Shown here: positions 62,077 through 64,000 of the stretch, in pieces
How positions within the stretch are numbered: the stretch's first letter is position 1
Layout: the number at the start of each line of letters is the position of its first letter
Assembly: GCA_963758635.1 (NCBI GenBank)
Contig: CAVWWD010000004.1
Coordinates: forward strand, 32,001 to 96,000
Source of the DNA: an uncultured Candidatus Rokubacteria bacterium
GTDB lineage: Bacteria; Methylomirabilota; Methylomirabilia; Rokubacteriales; CSP1-6
Direction of reading: 5' to 3'
DNA length: 64,000 nucleotides
Notes under the pieces: model-generated
Seen by the model: only the letters and a program-made list of their open reading frames with translations
Told to the model about the DNA's origin: nothing
Databases searched by the model: none
Made by a program: the position numbers and the translations under genes

Positions 62077-63792
62077 GTGACGTCCTCGACCGAAGCGCTC
62101 CGCGCCCGCGGTCCCTTCCGCCTCGAGGCGCAGGCGATGCTGTGCACGCTGGTGCTCGCCATCGTCGCGTTCTGCGTGGTCTACCCGATCTTCCTCGTCG
62201 TGCTGCAGAGCTTCCAGGTGGCGGCGCCGGGGCAGCCCGCGCGCTACGGCCTGGACGGCTGGCGCGCCGCCTTCGACGAGCCGGCGCTCCGCACCGCGCT
62301 CGTCAACACCCTCACGGTGACGTTCGTCCGCCAGCTCATCTCGTTGCCGCTGGCCGTGCTCGTGGCGTGGCTGCTCGCGCGCACGGACCTGCCCGGGCGC
62401 GGGTGGATCGAGTTCGCGTTCTGGGCCGCCTTCTTCCTGCCCCCCCTGACCGTGACGCTCGGCTGGGTGCTGCTCCTCGACCCGGATTACGGCCTCGTCA
62501 ACACGTGGCTCGCCGCCCTCGTGGGGCGGAAGCCGTTCGACATCTACTCGTTCTGGGGCATCGTCTGGGTGCACGTGATCACGGGATCGCTCACCGTGAA
62601 GGTCATCCTGCTCACCCCGGCGTTCCGGAACATGAACGCCGCGCTCGAGGAGGCCTCGCGCGTGGCGGGGGCGAGCACGCTCCGCACCGCGCTCCGGATC
62701 ACCGTGCCGGTGATGGCCCCGGCCATCCTGTCCGTGCTGCTGCTGGGCACGATGGTGTCGCTCCAGACCTTCGAGGTGGAGCAGGTCCTCGGCGTGCCGT
62801 TCCGCTTCTTCGTGTTCAGCACGATGATCTACGACCTGCTGGTCACGCGCGTGCCGCGCTACGACGCGGCCACCGCGCTCGCCGTGCTCATCCTGGCCGC
62901 GATGCTCCCGCTGGTGCTCGCGCAGCAGTGGGTGACACGAGGCCGCCGGTACACCACCGTGACCGGCCAGTTCCAGAACCGGGCCCACGCGCTGGGCCGC
63001 TGGCGCTGGGCCGCCGGCGCATTCGTGCTGGCCCTGGTGCTGGTGGTCCTGGTCGTGCCGATGGCCGTCGCCGGCCTGGGCACGTTCATGAAGCTCTTCG
63101 GCTACTTCCACATCAAGGAGCCGTGGACGCTCGACAACTGGCGCACCGTGCTCACCGACGACCTGTTCCTGCGCTCGCTCCGGAACACGGTCACGCTCGC
63201 GCTGGGCACCGCCGTGGCCGCGCTCGTCGTCCACTCGCTGATCGCGTACATCGTGGTGCGCACGCGCTACGCCGGGCGCCGCCTGCTCGACACCATCTCG
63301 TGGCTGCCCTTCACGGTGCCGGGGATCATCCTGGGCCTGGCGCTCCTGTGGCTCTTCCTCGACGTGGGCCTGCTGCGGCCGCTCTACGGGTCCATGACGC
63401 TCCTGGTCGTGGCCGGCGTCATCTCCGGCATGCCGCTCGGCGTGCAGATCATCAAGAGCGGGATGATGCAGCTCGGCAGCGAGCTCGAGGAGGCCTCGCG
63501 CATCGCGGGGGCGTCGTGGCTGGCCACGTACCGGCGGATCGTGCTGCGGCTGATGGCGCCCACGCTCCTGGCCGTGGGCATGATCACGTTCGTGGGCGCC
63601 GCGCGCAACATCGGGAACATCGCGCTGCTCTCGACGAGCGCGACGCGCCCGCTGTCCATCCTGCAGCTCGACTACATCGCCCAGCGGAAGCTCGAGGCGG
63701 CGGTGGTCGTGGCCTGCATCATCATGCTCATCTCGCTGGTCGGCGCCCTGGCCGCGCGGCTCGCCGGGCTGCGCGGCAGCAACGTCGGCTGA
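62077..63792 (+). CDS. FbpB-like fused double ABC permease
   Basis: Two LEEASR.AGA (EAA) motifs. Confidence 0.9.
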   Translation: MTSSTEALRARGPFRLEAQAMLCTLVLAIVAFCVVYPIFLVVLQSFQVAAPGQPARYGLDGWRAAFDEPALRTALVNTLTVTFVRQLISLPLAVLVAWLLARTDLPGRGWIEFAFWAAFFLPPLTVTLGWVLLLDPDYGLVNTWLAALVGRKPFDIYSFWGIVWVHVITGSLTVKVILLTPAFRNMNAALEEASRVAGASTLRTALRITVPVMAPAILSVLLLGTMVSLQTFEVEQVLGVPFRFFVFSTMIYDLLVTRVPRYDAATALAVLILAAMLPLVLAQQWVTRGRRYTTVTGQFQNRAHALGRWRWAAGAFVLALVLVVLVVPMAVAGLGTFMKLFGYFHIKEPWTLDNWRTVLTDDLFLRSLRNTVTLALGTAVAALVVHSLIAYIVVRTRYAGRRLLDTISWLPFTVPGIILGLALLWLFLDVGLLRPLYGSMTLLVVAGVISGMPLGVQIIKSGMMQLGSELEEASRIAGASWLATYRRIVLRLMAPTLLAVGMITFVGAARNIGNIALLSTSATRPLSILQLDYIAQRKLEAAVVVACIIMLISLVGALAARLAGLRGSNVG

Positions 63793-63912
63793 GAGGGGGA
63801 CGGGGGAGATCGTGACGAGACGGCACGCCTTGTGCCCGCGGAGGCGCGGTGTTGGCCCGCTCGCTGGAGCCGAAGTCCGCGTTCTGTCACAACTCAAACA
63901 GGAGGAGACCGG

Positions 63913-64000
63913 GTGAAGCTCGAGGGGAAGGTCGCGATCGTCACGGGCACGAGCCCGAACATCGGGGGAGGGATCGCGCAGGGCCTGGCCGAGGAGGGCT
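63913..64000 (+). CDS. SDR oxidoreductase, N-terminus (runs off right edge)
   Basis: GGAGGAG RBS; MKLEGKVAIVTGTSPNIGGGIA. Confidence 0.8.
   Translation, partial: MKLEGKVAIVTGTSPNIGGGIAQGLAEEG

Noticed and set aside
1..64000. CRISPR array, tRNA, rRNA, intact transposase or prophage
   Set aside because: No regularly spaced direct repeats or recognisable RNA, phage or transposase genes seen; manual reading could miss small RNAs.

Overview
High-GC bacterial accessory region. The gene content (many LLM oxidoreductases, family-5 and branched-chain ABC systems, orphan Rieske oxygenases) resembles Ca. Rokubacteria/Methylomirabilota; this taxon call is inference only. About 20 genes carry single-base frameshifts, most consistent with long-read indel errors. 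Most of the window encodes catabolic enzymes, ABC transporters and toxin-antitoxin modules. Less obvious features missed by the ORF track: (1) two probable selenoproteins split at in-frame TGA codons, each followed by a SECIS-like hairpin (peroxiredoxin TxxU at 18618-18620; AhpD/CMD CxxU at 57438-57440); (2) two decayed integrons in which an intI 3' remnant lies upstream of, and co-oriented with, cassettes bounded by attC sites (about 6750-7740 minus, about 36090-38440 plus), one carrying an ABC substrate-binding gene as a cassette; (3) two convergent stand-alone adenylation-thiolation didomains with atypical A4 motifs flanking a secreted, divergent creatininase-family gene; (4) a sigma54-driven beta-propeller/CARDB secreted protein at the left edge; (5) repeated leaderless promoter architecture.
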